DNA from: Pseudomonadota bacterium
Lineage (GTDB): Bacteria; Pseudomonadota; Alphaproteobacteria; Rhodobacterales; Rhodobacteraceae
Direction: 5' to 3'
Length of the DNA stretch: 64,000 nt
NCBI GenBank assembly: GCA_039180185.1
Contig: JBCDDS010000004.1
Coordinates: 3,309 to 67,308, forward strand
Positions 41,601 to 50,621 of the stretch are shown here, piece by piece. The position numbers were made by a program, and so were the translations under genes. The notes under the pieces are model-generated. The model was not told where the DNA came from and did no database searches. It saw only the letters and a program-made list of their open reading frames with translations. The number at the start of each line of letters is the position of its first letter. Position 1 is the stretch's first letter.

Positions 41601-44113
41601 TGTCGCGCCTACGCCCAGCCATGGACAAAATAGAGCTTGCCGACGTGCAGCCGGCATCAGAGATCACGCCACGTCTAGCCTCTGGAGCTATGTCGCATGG
41701 CGCGCTCGTCGCCTCGGCGCACGAAGCTGTCGCTCATGGTACAAATATGGCTGGCGGCATGTCGAACTCTGGCGAGGGCGGCGAGCACATGTCGCGCTAC
41801 GGTACGATTCGGGCGAGCCGCATAAAGCAGTTTGCTTCAGGTCGCTTCGGCGTTTGGGCAGGGTATCTCGCTGATCCAAACCTAGAAGAGCTTGAGATCA
41901 AGATTGGCCAAGGCGCGAAACCGGGCGAGGGCGGTCAGTTGCCCGCGCCCAAGGTGACAGTGGAGATAGCTGCAGCGCGTGGTGGTACCCCTGGCGTGGA
42001 ACTTGTGAGCCCTCCACCGCACCACGACACTTATTCGATCGAAGACCTCGCGCAGTTGATTCATGACTGTAAAGCGGCGCGCAAGCGGGTGATCGTAAAG
42101 CTTGTGAGCTCTGAGGGCATTGGCACGATTGCCGTTGGTGTGGCCAAAGCAGGCGCTGATGTAATCAACGTTGCGGGTAACACCGGCGGCACGGGTGCGG
42201 CCAGCGTAACATCGCTAAAATACACGGGCCGCGCTGCTGAGATTGGCATCGCCGAAGTACATCAGGCACTCTGTGCCAATGGCATCCGACAAAAGGTTGT
42301 ACTGCGCTGCTCGGGTGCGATGCAAACCGGATCAGACGTAGTTAAAGCCTCCCTTATGGGCGGAGACAGCTTTGAGTTCGGCACTACAGCGCTGATGATG
42401 CTGAAATGTGTGATGGCCAAGAACTGTAACGTGAAATGTCCTGCGGGGCTCACCACGAATGCAGAGGTTTTTGATGGCGATCCGCGTGCCCTGGCTCAGT
42501 ATCTGCTGAACATTGCCCACGAGGTGCGTGAGATATTGGCCTATCTGGGCCTGCGGAGCCTTGATGAAGCTCGGGGACGGGCCGATCTGTTGCACTTGCT
42601 GGATCACCCGTCGTCTGTCGGGCAATTAAATCTGCGCGCCATGTTGACCCGCGTGCCAGAAAACCCTGTTGAAAACCCGGTTTATCTGGAACGTGACTTT
42701 GAGGTTGATGACGGATTATTGGAACAAGTCAAAGCGCGCATGATTGACGCCGATGAGCGGTCTATTGAATTGCGTCCCAACGCGCCGCTGAATAATCGCA
42801 ACAAAACCGTCGGTGGTCAGCTTGCCATCGATATAGAACGCATTCTGAACCACGAGCTGGAAGAGCCGCCGGCCGCCGCATTTGAAGATCGCCGGGGACG
42901 GAAGTTCCTTGATCAGAAAGCCATCCGCGTGGTCACTCAAGGTTCCGCCGGTCAGAGTTTTGCCGCGTTCTGTAACGACGGCATGGTAATGGAACACACT
43001 GGCACCTGTAATGACGGTGTCGGCAAAGGCGCCTGCGGCGGCGAGATCATCGTGCGCGCGCCGGCTGGCGGTGGTGCAGGAGAGGGCGAGAACGTTCTGA
43101 TCGGAAACTTCGCGCTCTTTGGTGCCACGGGCGGGCGAACCTTTATTGAGGGCCAAGCGGGTGACAGGTTCGCTGTGCGCAACTCCGGTGCAACCGCTGT
43201 TGTCGAAGGTGTAGGCGATTTCTGTGCTGAGTACATGACCAACGGTGCAATCCTAAATTTAGGCGGTTTTTCAAAGGGCTATGGAAATGGCATGTCCGGC
43301 GGTTTCGCCTATCAGTATGATCCAGAAGGCCGTTTACCAGAAATGCTAAGTCAGGATTCTGTCATAATGGGCACGTTGACCGACGGTTCTGTTGAGGCTG
43401 ATGTTCATCAGGAGGCGGTCAAGCAACTGCTAGAATGGCATGTGGCAGCGACTGGTTCCAAGAAAGCGATCGCGTTGCTGGACAAATGGGATGAGGTGCG
43501 CGGAGATTTCGCATGGATCATGCCACGTGCTCTGTTGCAGTATCAGGATGCTGACGAAATTCTTGCCGCCCGCAGTCGTAAGGAGTTGGTTGAAGAGCTT
43601 GCCACCGCACTGGCTGCGCACCAGATAACTGTGCTCAAGAAAGCGTGGAAGCGTGGTAAGCCAGTGCATCGCGGTATGACGCCCGATTACGGCGAACTCG
43701 ACAGTGAAGAGATGTTCCGTTTGCTCAACAGCTACACGGTTCTGGAAACCGCACAAGTGATGGCCGAAAAGCGTTTTGGCGCGGACCGCAAGGCGCGGGA
43801 CAAGGCAGTGCGCAACCTGATTATGACTGAGGATTTCGCGCTTATGTCGGCGCTGGCCAAACATGCGCGCACCGCAGTGGCCGATTATGATGATGCGGGC
43901 CTTGCAACGCTGGTTGCAAATAAACGTTTGAATGATTTCAAGCGTGCCTTGAGCTTGCGCAACATCCTTTCGGTGGACAGTCCCGGCACGTATTCATGGA
44001 TTATGCACCAAACGCGTAAGAACCGCGCGGCACTTGGCGATATTCCAAGCTTTGATCGGCTCTTTGCCCATAAAGCGCTGCCCGATGTGGTTGCGCGAAC
44101 AGCGGCGGAGTAA
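38633..44113 (+). CDS. gltB: Glutamate synthase large subunit, enlarged variant (1826 aa)
   Basis: HSA|CGVGF Ntn cysteine, HTRFSTNT, AHNGE, FAQVTNPP, IKQ.ASGRFGV, QGAKPGEGGQLP, PPPHHD.YSIEDL, CVMAKNCNVKC, and a GXGXG domain (RFAVRNSGA..VVEG.GD..AEYMT). Confidence 0.9.
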   Translation: MPLKDDLNPFGLYDPELEHSACGVGFLTRKDGVQTHDLLRKGHEALCAVPHRGGMSSEGVGDGAGVSVDLSLEFFSKLTGKLLEKGAFGVGNFFMPADVDANEEASVRISDALFEAGFKILMVRDLPVNTDAIGARSEKWQLAIRQWIFEAPDDVRGAALDARIHQVLLDIEAVAYTKPQLDGLYPLSLSSRMQVFKGRLNSWEIIPYFEDLSDPAHAVHTMYFHTRFSTNTDPHPSMAQPFRLMAHNGELNTDKKNRLSEAAIALARNKSIVRPKGQSDSCRLDQTLNSRVFEEGLDLVTAVVAMMPPAWENDTRISPQVRAMLEYFSLSEEKNDGPAALIFGDGDIIGARLDRLGLRPLRMVETDEYLTVMSEAGQVNFPPETVLRRGRVEAGGMIYYNHAEQKTYETEDALEMLAAKEDYASLLAEAQVNIDSLPSADADPKLAATRYFGDMKTPARYVAYTHNQESFKFLMDPMLQTGVEKVSAMGYGNAINALSDNEGGVAKYFSQRFAQVTNPPLDSIREADGMTLRVALGEKPHLGQSRSKQIVVNTPILRMSDVLKIKAQKETPWERFDILYEPVFGDPDANEDALVSTIDEVANEVVKFAREKGGIAILTDRHISKARAAIPMSLAISAINQRLIEEGLRLKVSLLAESGQIASSHHIACALGFGASAVYPLGVRLRAEEQFGEKATEAYYKYQKAAEKALMKTMGKVGLCTVESYSGGEFFEPNFLDTNDPVFRKYLPNMKTVVGGVRFNTIAQSVADWHERALSVEGDADIPILGLFKERSEGAGHSYGTTAVRGFVDLTEEPISFATDENIDGETDPFRLLTLRQMDDAFGIDDSGYVNTSFEKLSSEKIDEFKITPGYRAFSRAMAEERNKRPAALRDVLAFPADITFLDAVEDIKKEMMLFNRAGNVDFVIRGVDCEALGNDEFLLRLTGPKADVMGRLDALAQSLVERFATDIEGHHITKGALKVAAKGWALDYLSRLRPAMDKIELADVQPASEITPRLASGAMSHGALVASAHEAVAHGTNMAGGMSNSGEGGEHMSRYGTIRASRIKQFASGRFGVWAGYLADPNLEELEIKIGQGAKPGEGGQLPAPKVTVEIAAARGGTPGVELVSPPPHHDTYSIEDLAQLIHDCKAARKRVIVKLVSSEGIGTIAVGVAKAGADVINVAGNTGGTGAASVTSLKYTGRAAEIGIAEVHQALCANGIRQKVVLRCSGAMQTGSDVVKASLMGGDSFEFGTTALMMLKCVMAKNCNVKCPAGLTTNAEVFDGDPRALAQYLLNIAHEVREILAYLGLRSLDEARGRADLLHLLDHPSSVGQLNLRAMLTRVPENPVENPVYLERDFEVDDGLLEQVKARMIDADERSIELRPNAPLNNRNKTVGGQLAIDIERILNHELEEPPAAAFEDRRGRKFLDQKAIRVVTQGSAGQSFAAFCNDGMVMEHTGTCNDGVGKGACGGEIIVRAPAGGGAGEGENVLIGNFALFGATGGRTFIEGQAGDRFAVRNSGATAVVEGVGDFCAEYMTNGAILNLGGFSKGYGNGMSGGFAYQYDPEGRLPEMLSQDSVIMGTLTDGSVEADVHQEAVKQLLEWHVAATGSKKAIALLDKWDEVRGDFAWIMPRALLQYQDADEILAARSRKELVEELATALAAHQITVLKKAWKRGKPVHRGMTPDYGELDSEEMFRLLNSYTVLETAQVMAEKRFGADRKARDKAVRNLIMTEDFALMSALAKHARTAVADYDDAGLATLVANKRLNDFKRALSLRNILSVDSPGTYSWIMHQTRKNRAALGDIPSFDRLFAHKALPDVVARTAAE

Positions 44114-44117
44114 CTTC

Positions 44118-45857
44118 ATGAACGCGCCGTATATTCCTAAGGAAGCACCATTTTCTGAAGATCAACGTGCCTGGCTGTCTGGCTTTCTTGCTGGCCTTAA
44201 TCAGGCTCGTTCCGTTTTAGGCGGCGACATCGCGCCAGCGGGCAGCGAGGTTAAGGCGCGTCCATTGGACATCCTCTTTGGAACGCAAACAGGCAATGCC
44301 GAAGAGGTGGCTAATGAGGCAGCAGATCTGGCTCGATCAAAGGGCTTTCAACCACGTGTTGCCGATCTCGATGCGATTGAGATGGATCAGCTAGCCGCGA
44401 TGGAAAATCTCGTCGTGGTAATATCCACCTACGGCGAAGGCGAAATGCCGGACAACGCCGAGCTGTTTTGGGATGCGTTGTCAGCCGGTACTGCACCGCG
44501 ACTTGAGTCTCTGAACTATGGTGTTCTCGCGCTTGGCGACACGAGCTATGAGCATTTCTGCCAGGCCGGAAAGCTCATCGATATGCGGCTAGAACAGCTT
44601 GGCGCTAAACGACTGGCGGCACGGGTTGATTGCGACGTAGATTTTGAAGAGGCGGCGACCTCTTGGCTTTCAGAGGCGATCCCGGATGCCGGTGGTCCGA
44701 TCGTAGATGATGGCGCAGTTCCGTCCAAACCCGCCAAATCTGGCTGGAATCGCAAAAATCCATACGTTTCTACCATGGTTGAAAACAGGGTGTTGTCTGG
44801 CAAGAAATCTGCCAAGGAAATCAGACATATATCCTTCGCTCTTCCAGCGGAAGGAATGAGTTATGAGGCAGGGGATGCTCTCGGCGTTATGCCGGTTAAT
44901 GCGCCGGATTTGGTGGATGCTTGGCTCGCGCGACTGGGCGTGGCGGCAGACACCGCAATTGAAGGGCGTGATGCGCCCTTGGGCGAGCTACTAAGCAAGA
45001 GCTTCGAGATTATGACGCCGTCCCGCGAATTTATCGCTTGGCTCGAGCCCCTAGTAAACGATCCGGAATTCACCCACATCATCAGCAATGGCGACAAGGA
45101 GGCGCTGGACCATTATCTGTGGGGTAAGGACGCGCTCGACCTAATGAACCTCAATCCTGATCTCGCGCTCGAGCCGGAGCAGGTCGTTGGTTGGCTGAAA
45201 CCGCTTCAGCATCGCGCATATTCGATCTCTTCCAGCCCCAAGGCGCATCCGGGCGAGGTGCATTTGACGGTGGCAGCTGTGCGCTGGATGTATGAGGGGC
45301 GCGGCCACAAAGGTGTTTGTTCAACTTTCCTTGCCGATGATGTCCCAGAAGGTGCCACGGCAGGTATTTTCATGTCGCCCAACAAATCCTTCCGGGTACC
45401 AGAAGATGATAGTCGGCCCATGATTATGGTCGGTCCCGGAACGGGCATCGCACCGTTCCGCGCCTTCCTTGAAGAGCGTCGTGAGCGTGGGGCGGACGGC
45501 ACGAATTGGCTCTTCTTTGGGGATCAGCACCGGGCGAGTGACTTCATCTACGAAGAAGAGATGAGCTCGATGAGCGCCTCTGGCTTGCTTTCCCGGCTCG
45601 ATCTGGCTTTCTCCCGGGATCAGGAAGAAAAGATTTATGTTCAGCACCGCATGGCGCAGAATGGCAAAGACCTTTATGGGCTGTTGCAAGAAGGCGGGCA
45701 TTTCTATGTTTGCGGCGATGCTACCCGCATGGCCAAAGACGTGGACGCGGCTTTGCATCGGGTTGTTGAGACCCATGGCGGCATGTCTGATGAGGCTGCG
45801 ATCGAATACGTAAACACGCTCAAACGCGAGAAGCGTTACGTGCGGGACGTCTATTAA
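44118..45857 (+). CDS. Diflavin (FMN/FAD) NADPH reductase, CysJ-like
   Basis: GTQTGNAE flavodoxin motif, STYGEGE.PDNA, RAYSISSS, GVCSTFL, MVGPGTGIAPFR, YVCGDA..MAKDV, RY.RDVY; ATG 4 bp after the gltB stop. Confidence 0.9.
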   Translation: MNAPYIPKEAPFSEDQRAWLSGFLAGLNQARSVLGGDIAPAGSEVKARPLDILFGTQTGNAEEVANEAADLARSKGFQPRVADLDAIEMDQLAAMENLVVVISTYGEGEMPDNAELFWDALSAGTAPRLESLNYGVLALGDTSYEHFCQAGKLIDMRLEQLGAKRLAARVDCDVDFEEAATSWLSEAIPDAGGPIVDDGAVPSKPAKSGWNRKNPYVSTMVENRVLSGKKSAKEIRHISFALPAEGMSYEAGDALGVMPVNAPDLVDAWLARLGVAADTAIEGRDAPLGELLSKSFEIMTPSREFIAWLEPLVNDPEFTHIISNGDKEALDHYLWGKDALDLMNLNPDLALEPEQVVGWLKPLQHRAYSISSSPKAHPGEVHLTVAAVRWMYEGRGHKGVCSTFLADDVPEGATAGIFMSPNKSFRVPEDDSRPMIMVGPGTGIAPFRAFLEERRERGADGTNWLFFGDQHRASDFIYEEEMSSMSASGLLSRLDLAFSRDQEEKIYVQHRMAQNGKDLYGLLQEGGHFYVCGDATRMAKDVDAALHRVVETHGGMSDEAAIEYVNTLKREKRYVRDVY

Positions 45858-45866
45858 TCCGTTCGA

Positions 45867-46877
45867 TTAATTTTGACTTGCAGTCCAGTAACTCGCGGCC
45901 TTGCAAAGCCTTGGCGCAAATTCGCGTTCTCTGAAAATCTCCCGAGCTTGGCTGGCTTGACGGCGTTCGGCAGCAAAGAATATGTGATAATCCTCTCCCT
46001 CTGGCTGCAAAAGATGCACCGCCTCTACCGGGTCGTCCTTACCCATCTGCGCCCAGCTCACCTGGATTTTCGAATGCGTCGCGATTTCTTGCGCGTCATT
46101 CCAATCTCGTACGAAGATAATCGCCTGTCCGGAAGCCTCCGCTGGCGCGGCCTCTATAATCCGCATCATGACGGGTAAAGCGGTCTCATCGCCAATTAGA
46201 CCAAACCAACTTGCTTGCGGGATGCCGCCACCATTAGGGCCCATAATAGCAATCTCAGTGCCGTCCTTTAAATCGCTGCACCATTCTGTTACGCGCCCGC
46301 CGTCATGAAGGACGACATCCATGTCGATCCAATCAGCGTCTGGTGACATGATGCGCACTGTGTAGACGGGCTTATGCCAGTTTGCCGGTCCACCCGGCCA
46401 ATGGGTGATCCCTCTGTCGTCAAGACTGGGGCGCTCAGAACCACTTAAATTGAACAACAAACGAAAGTGGAGGCCCGCTCCGGGCTCCATGAACGCAGTG
46501 AAATCACCCTCTAGCCGCACGCGCATGAAGTTTTTGGAAATCTGCTCTTTTGAGATCACACGCGTGAGTTTCTGGTTGAGCGGGATACGCGCCTCGGGCG
46601 TTTCCCATTCGATCGCCTCGATCATGCCTATGTTGGCGATCCTCTGGGCGTAAAGGTCTTTCAAAGACTGCAGTTTGGCCGCCGTATCTGCGCCAAAGAC
46701 GATACCGGCGCCACCGGTCCGATCAATGATCTTCACATAGCCCAGAGGCGCATCAATAGTGCAGGTACCGTTTTCGCGCAGTACGGCGAAACCGTTTTGT
46801 TCCGCCAACGCTGCGAGCGGCTCGATTACCTTTTCAGGGTCGGCATTCAAGTGTGCGCTATGTTCTGGCATGAGCAA
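45867..46877 (-). CDS. Siderophore-interacting protein (FAD-binding) with N-terminal extension
   Basis: YTVR, D.VLHD.G, GP.GG, GDETALP, A.SYW. Confidence 0.82.
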   Translation of the reverse strand: MLMPEHSAHLNADPEKVIEPLAALAEQNGFAVLRENGTCTIDAPLGYVKIIDRTGGAGIVFGADTAAKLQSLKDLYAQRIANIGMIEAIEWETPEARIPLNQKLTRVISKEQISKNFMRVRLEGDFTAFMEPGAGLHFRLLFNLSGSERPSLDDRGITHWPGGPANWHKPVYTVRIMSPDADWIDMDVVLHDGGRVTEWCSDLKDGTEIAIMGPNGGGIPQASWFGLIGDETALPVMMRIIEAAPAEASGQAIIFVRDWNDAQEIATHSKIQVSWAQMGKDDPVEAVHLLQPEGEDYHIFFAAERRQASQAREIFREREFAPRLCKAASYWTASQN

Positions 46878-46969
46878 CCTGATTTAGAGTGAAATGGTAT
46901 GTGCTTGCGGCTTAGCTGGGACTCAAGCCTAGTCTGGCATAATGCGAAACGCCATAGCTGTTTTAACGC

Positions 46970-47851
46970 TCACTTCATGAGGTTGAGAAGGTATGCGCCA
47001 TAGTCATTCTTGGCAAAGATTTTAGCTCGGTTTTCAAGCTCTTCCGCTGTGATCCAGCCTTGGGTATAGGCGATCTCATCAGGGCTGCCGGTTTGCAGAC
47101 CTTGCCTCATTTCTAATGTTCGAACAAAGTTACCCGCGTCCAGAAGGCTGTTGTGCGTGCCGGTGTCGAGCCAGGCATAGCCTCGACCCATACGTTTCAC
47201 GCTTAGCGTCCCATCCTGAAGGTAGCTTTCAAGTAATGTCGTGATCTCAAGCTCGCCTCGATCAGAGGGCCTGACCTTCTTGGCACGAGTGGGCGCTTCT
47301 GCGTCGAGGAAATAAAGCCCTGTAACAGCATAGTTTGACGGCGGCACGTCGGGTTTCTCAATGATTTGCTGGGCGCGGCCCTCTTCATCAAAGTCCACCA
47401 CACCGTAACGTTCAGGATCTGCCACTCGGTAGCCAAAGACGGTGCCACCATGGGTTTGTGCATCTGCTTCGGCCAGAAGCTCGGGCAGGGCGTGGCCAAA
47501 GAAGATGTTGTCCCCAAGCACCATGGCAGAGGGCGCCCCGTCCAGGAAGTCTTCGGCAAGAATATAGGCCTGCGCCAGTCCGTCGGGGCTTGGCTGTTCG
47601 ATGTAAGTGAGTGAGACGCCCCATTGGCTGCCATCGCCCAAGGCGCGTTTGAACTGATCTGCATCTTGTGGCGTTGTGATAACCGCAATTTCGCGAATAC
47701 CGGCCAACATAAGCGCGGTCAGAGGATAGTAGATCATCGGTTTGTCATAAACCGGCAGGAGTTGTTTTGAGACGCTTACCGTAATCGGATAAAGCCGCGT
47801 GCCTGAACCGCCTGCGAGAATGATGCCTTTGCGCGCCTGTTTTCTTGTCAT
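46970..47851 (-). CDS. rfbA: Glucose-1-phosphate thymidylyltransferase
   Basis: [43 protein letters not shown]; start may be 47869. Confidence 0.97.
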   Translation of the reverse strand: MTRKQARKGIILAGGSGTRLYPITVSVSKQLLPVYDKPMIYYPLTALMLAGIREIAVITTPQDADQFKRALGDGSQWGVSLTYIEQPSPDGLAQAYILAEDFLDGAPSAMVLGDNIFFGHALPELLAEADAQTHGGTVFGYRVADPERYGVVDFDEEGRAQQIIEKPDVPPSNYAVTGLYFLDAEAPTRAKKVRPSDRGELEITTLLESYLQDGTLSVKRMGRGYAWLDTGTHNSLLDAGNFVRTLEMRQGLQTGSPDEIAYTQGWITAEELENRAKIFAKNDYGAYLLNLMK

Positions 47852-47869
47852 AATGCGTGTTCCACTCAT

Positions 47870-48739
47870 TTAACTCGTAGGTGTAGCGCCGAGCTCTGTC
47901 AAAATTTTGGCAAGCCCGTCGCGCCAATCAGGCCTTTCAATGCCAAAAGCCTGTGACGTGCTATCGCAGTTCAGGCGAGAATTCAGGGGTCGTTTGGCTA
48001 GGGTGGGGTAATCGGTGGACGGAATGTCCGTCACTACACAAGGGACGCCGGATTGAGTAAAAATCTCGCGCGCGAAATCGGCCCAGCTTACATCCGGACC
48101 GCCAGAGAAATGAAAGATGCCCGTCGGGGGCGAAGGCTCGACAAGGCGGCGCGTCACGGTGATGCAAGCGTTGGCGATATCGGCGGCGGGGGTCGGTCCC
48201 CCGACTTGATCGGCAACAACTGTCAGCGCATCGCGCTCTTGGCCAAGCCGCAGCATGGTTTTCACAAAGTTGTTGCCGTAGGCCGAGAAAACCCAGGACG
48301 TGCGCAATACAGCACAGAGCCCACCAACCTCCGATACGGCCTTCTCTCCGGCAAGTTTCGTACGACCATAAGCGCCCTGTGGATCGGTTAGGTCACTTGG
48401 CGCCCAAGGCGCTGTTCCCTCGCCGGAAAAGACGTAATCGGTTGAGATCGAAACAAATGGGATTCCCAGATCGGCACAGGTAGCAGCCATCGCAGCTGGC
48501 GCGTCAGCGTTGATCACCATCGCGAGCGCCTCGTCCTCCTCTGCCTTGTCAACGGCGGTGTAGGCGGCAGCGTTGATGACAGCGTCGGGTCGGTGCACGC
48601 CGATGGCTTCTGCACAAAACTCGGGCTGGGCGAGATCGGCTTCATCGCGGCCAAGCAGAGTGAGGCGTAGATCATTTTTTTCGAGGCGAGAAAGCTCCGT
48701 CGCGACCTGACCAGTTTTGCCAAAAACGAGGACGTGCAT
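47870..48739 (-). CDS. rfbD: dTDP-4-dehydrorhamnose reductase
   Basis: G.TGQ, NAAAYTAVD.AE, STDYVF, YG.TKLAGE, DQ.G.PT. Confidence 0.95.
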   Translation of the reverse strand: MHVLVFGKTGQVATELSRLEKNDLRLTLLGRDEADLAQPEFCAEAIGVHRPDAVINAAAYTAVDKAEEDEALAMVINADAPAAMAATCADLGIPFVSISTDYVFSGEGTAPWAPSDLTDPQGAYGRTKLAGEKAVSEVGGLCAVLRTSWVFSAYGNNFVKTMLRLGQERDALTVVADQVGGPTPAADIANACITVTRRLVEPSPPTGIFHFSGGPDVSWADFAREIFTQSGVPCVVTDIPSTDYPTLAKRPLNSRLNCDSTSQAFGIERPDWRDGLAKILTELGATPTS

Positions 48740-48747
48740 GGTTTGCC

Positions 48748-49785
48748 CTACGCCCGACCCAGACGTTGTCCGACGCCCTCGCGTGCCTGTAGCGCACGCC
48801 ACCAGTCCTCGTTCTCAAGATACCAATCAACGGTGCGCTCCAACCCCTGATCAAGGGTAACTGATGGCCGCCAGCCGAGTTCTTCGCGAATACGCGATGG
48901 GTCTATCGCGTAACGCAAGTCATGACCGGGGCGATCTTCGACGAATGTTATCAGATCGGCGTGTGGTGCGCCGTCTGGTTTGCGTGCATCAAGGATCGCG
49001 CAGATTTTTTTTACGAGTTCGAGATTAGTAGCCTCATTCTCTCCGCCGATATTGTAACAGCGTCCCAGCTCTCCCTCCGCCAGAACGCGTAGTAGCGCGT
49101 CGGCGTGGTCTTCGACGTAAAGCCAATCGCGCACGTTCTCTCCTTTGCCGTAAATCGGGATCGGCTGACCTGCGAGGGCCTTCAGGATCACCACAGGGAT
49201 CAGCTTTTCCGGGAAGTGGAAAGGGCCATAGTTGTTGGAGCAGTTGGTGAGCACCACGGGCAATCCATAGGTCTCTGCCCAGGCGCGCACCAGATGATCG
49301 CTTGCTGCCTTGCTGGCCGAGTAGGGACTGCGCGGGTCGTAGGGCGTGGTTTCGGTGAACTGACCGTCTGCCCCGAGTGAGCCATAGACCTCGTCGGTTG
49401 AGATATGATGGAACCGAAACTCGGAGAATTTGTTGCGCTCCGCCCAATAGCTGCGCGCCGCCTCCAACAGAATATAGGTGCCCGTGACATTAGTTTGGAT
49501 AAAGGCACCCGGACCGTCGATAGAGCGATCCACGTGTGATTCTGCGGCCAGATGCATTACGGCGTCAGGTTGATGCTCCGCAAAGACGCGCGTCATCGCA
49601 GCATGGTCGCAAATATCAGCCTTTTCAAATTTATAGAGCGGATTGTCCGCGACGGAAGCCACGTTTTCGAGACAGGCCGCATAGGTCAGCGCATCGACAT
49701 TGACCACAGCTTTGCCTTGCGCCACCGCGTGTCGCACCACCGCCGAGCCGATAAAACCAGCACCGCCTGTGACCAATATCTTCAT
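48748..49785 (-). CDS. rfbB: dTDP-glucose 4,6-dehydratase
   Basis: [42 protein letters not shown]. Confidence 0.97.
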   Translation of the reverse strand: MKILVTGGAGFIGSAVVRHAVAQGKAVVNVDALTYAACLENVASVADNPLYKFEKADICDHAAMTRVFAEHQPDAVMHLAAESHVDRSIDGPGAFIQTNVTGTYILLEAARSYWAERNKFSEFRFHHISTDEVYGSLGADGQFTETTPYDPRSPYSASKAASDHLVRAWAETYGLPVVLTNCSNNYGPFHFPEKLIPVVILKALAGQPIPIYGKGENVRDWLYVEDHADALLRVLAEGELGRCYNIGGENEATNLELVKKICAILDARKPDGAPHADLITFVEDRPGHDLRYAIDPSRIREELGWRPSVTLDQGLERTVDWYLENEDWWRALQAREGVGQRLGRA

Positions 49786-49788
49786 GAC

Positions 49789-50352
49789 TTACCCATTGTA
49801 CTGAAAAATCGGCTGATAGGCCGAGAATGGCGGCGCGATACTGTCTTTGTCAGACAGAATTGCCAAAGCCGCCTCTGCGCCCCACTCGACGCCGATATCG
49901 GGGTCATCCCAACGGATCGCGCCCTCTGTTTCTGGGGCATAGTAATCGGAACACTTATAAACAATCTCAGTGTCCGGCTCCCGCGTGACGAAGCCATGCG
50001 CAAATCCAGCAGGGACAAGCATCTGGCGCCCGTTTTCAAAGCTCAGTTCAGCACCGTGCCATTGGCCGTAGGTTGGAGAACCGGCGCGAATATCGACAGC
50101 CACATCGAATAAGGCACCCTTGCCGCATCTTACAAGTTTGTCCTGAGCATGCGGCGGGTTTTGAAAATGCAGGCCGCGCACCGTGCCCGCAGCGCTTGAA
50201 AGCGAATGATTGTCTTGGACGAAAACCGTATCGATACCGTGCTCTGCCAGAAGTTTGGCGCTGTAGCTTTCGGAGAAAAATCCACGCGTATCACCGTGTC
50301 GTACAGGTGTAAGAACGTATAATCCGGGAAGCGGCGTCTTTTCGACCAGCAT
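49789..50352 (-). CDS. rfbC: dTDP-4-dehydrorhamnose 3,5-epimerase
   Basis: D.RGFF.E, QDNHS, RGLHFQ, DVAVDIR.GSPTYG, GFAHGF. Confidence 0.97.
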   Translation of the reverse strand: MLVEKTPLPGLYVLTPVRHGDTRGFFSESYSAKLLAEHGIDTVFVQDNHSLSSAAGTVRGLHFQNPPHAQDKLVRCGKGALFDVAVDIRAGSPTYGQWHGAELSFENGRQMLVPAGFAHGFVTREPDTEIVYKCSDYYAPETEGAIRWDDPDIGVEWGAEAALAILSDKDSIAPPFSAYQPIFQYNG

Positions 50353-50621
50353 TTACGACCTCTTGTACCCGGTTCAAATCGCGCGCTGCTTAACAAAGGA
50401 AGTTGTTTCTGTCTACGACCTGACCTGAGATGCGCAAAAATTCATGAAATGGGTACGCGCCTTGTGGCCCGGCGCAAAAGCATTTGAAATCACGTTCATA
50501 ATACGTCCTTCGGTTGTCGGCCGAGGGATCGGCCCAGCAACGTGCGCTGCCCTAACACTCCGGTAACGTGCCGCTCCTAGCGTCGCGCCGCAACAGACCG
50601 GACCCTGAACGGAAGGCAGCC

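Noticed and set aside
44118-45857. Annotation as true sulfite reductase alpha subunit cysJ
   Set aside because: No cysI/cysH nearby and tight coupling to gltB; gene symbol withheld.
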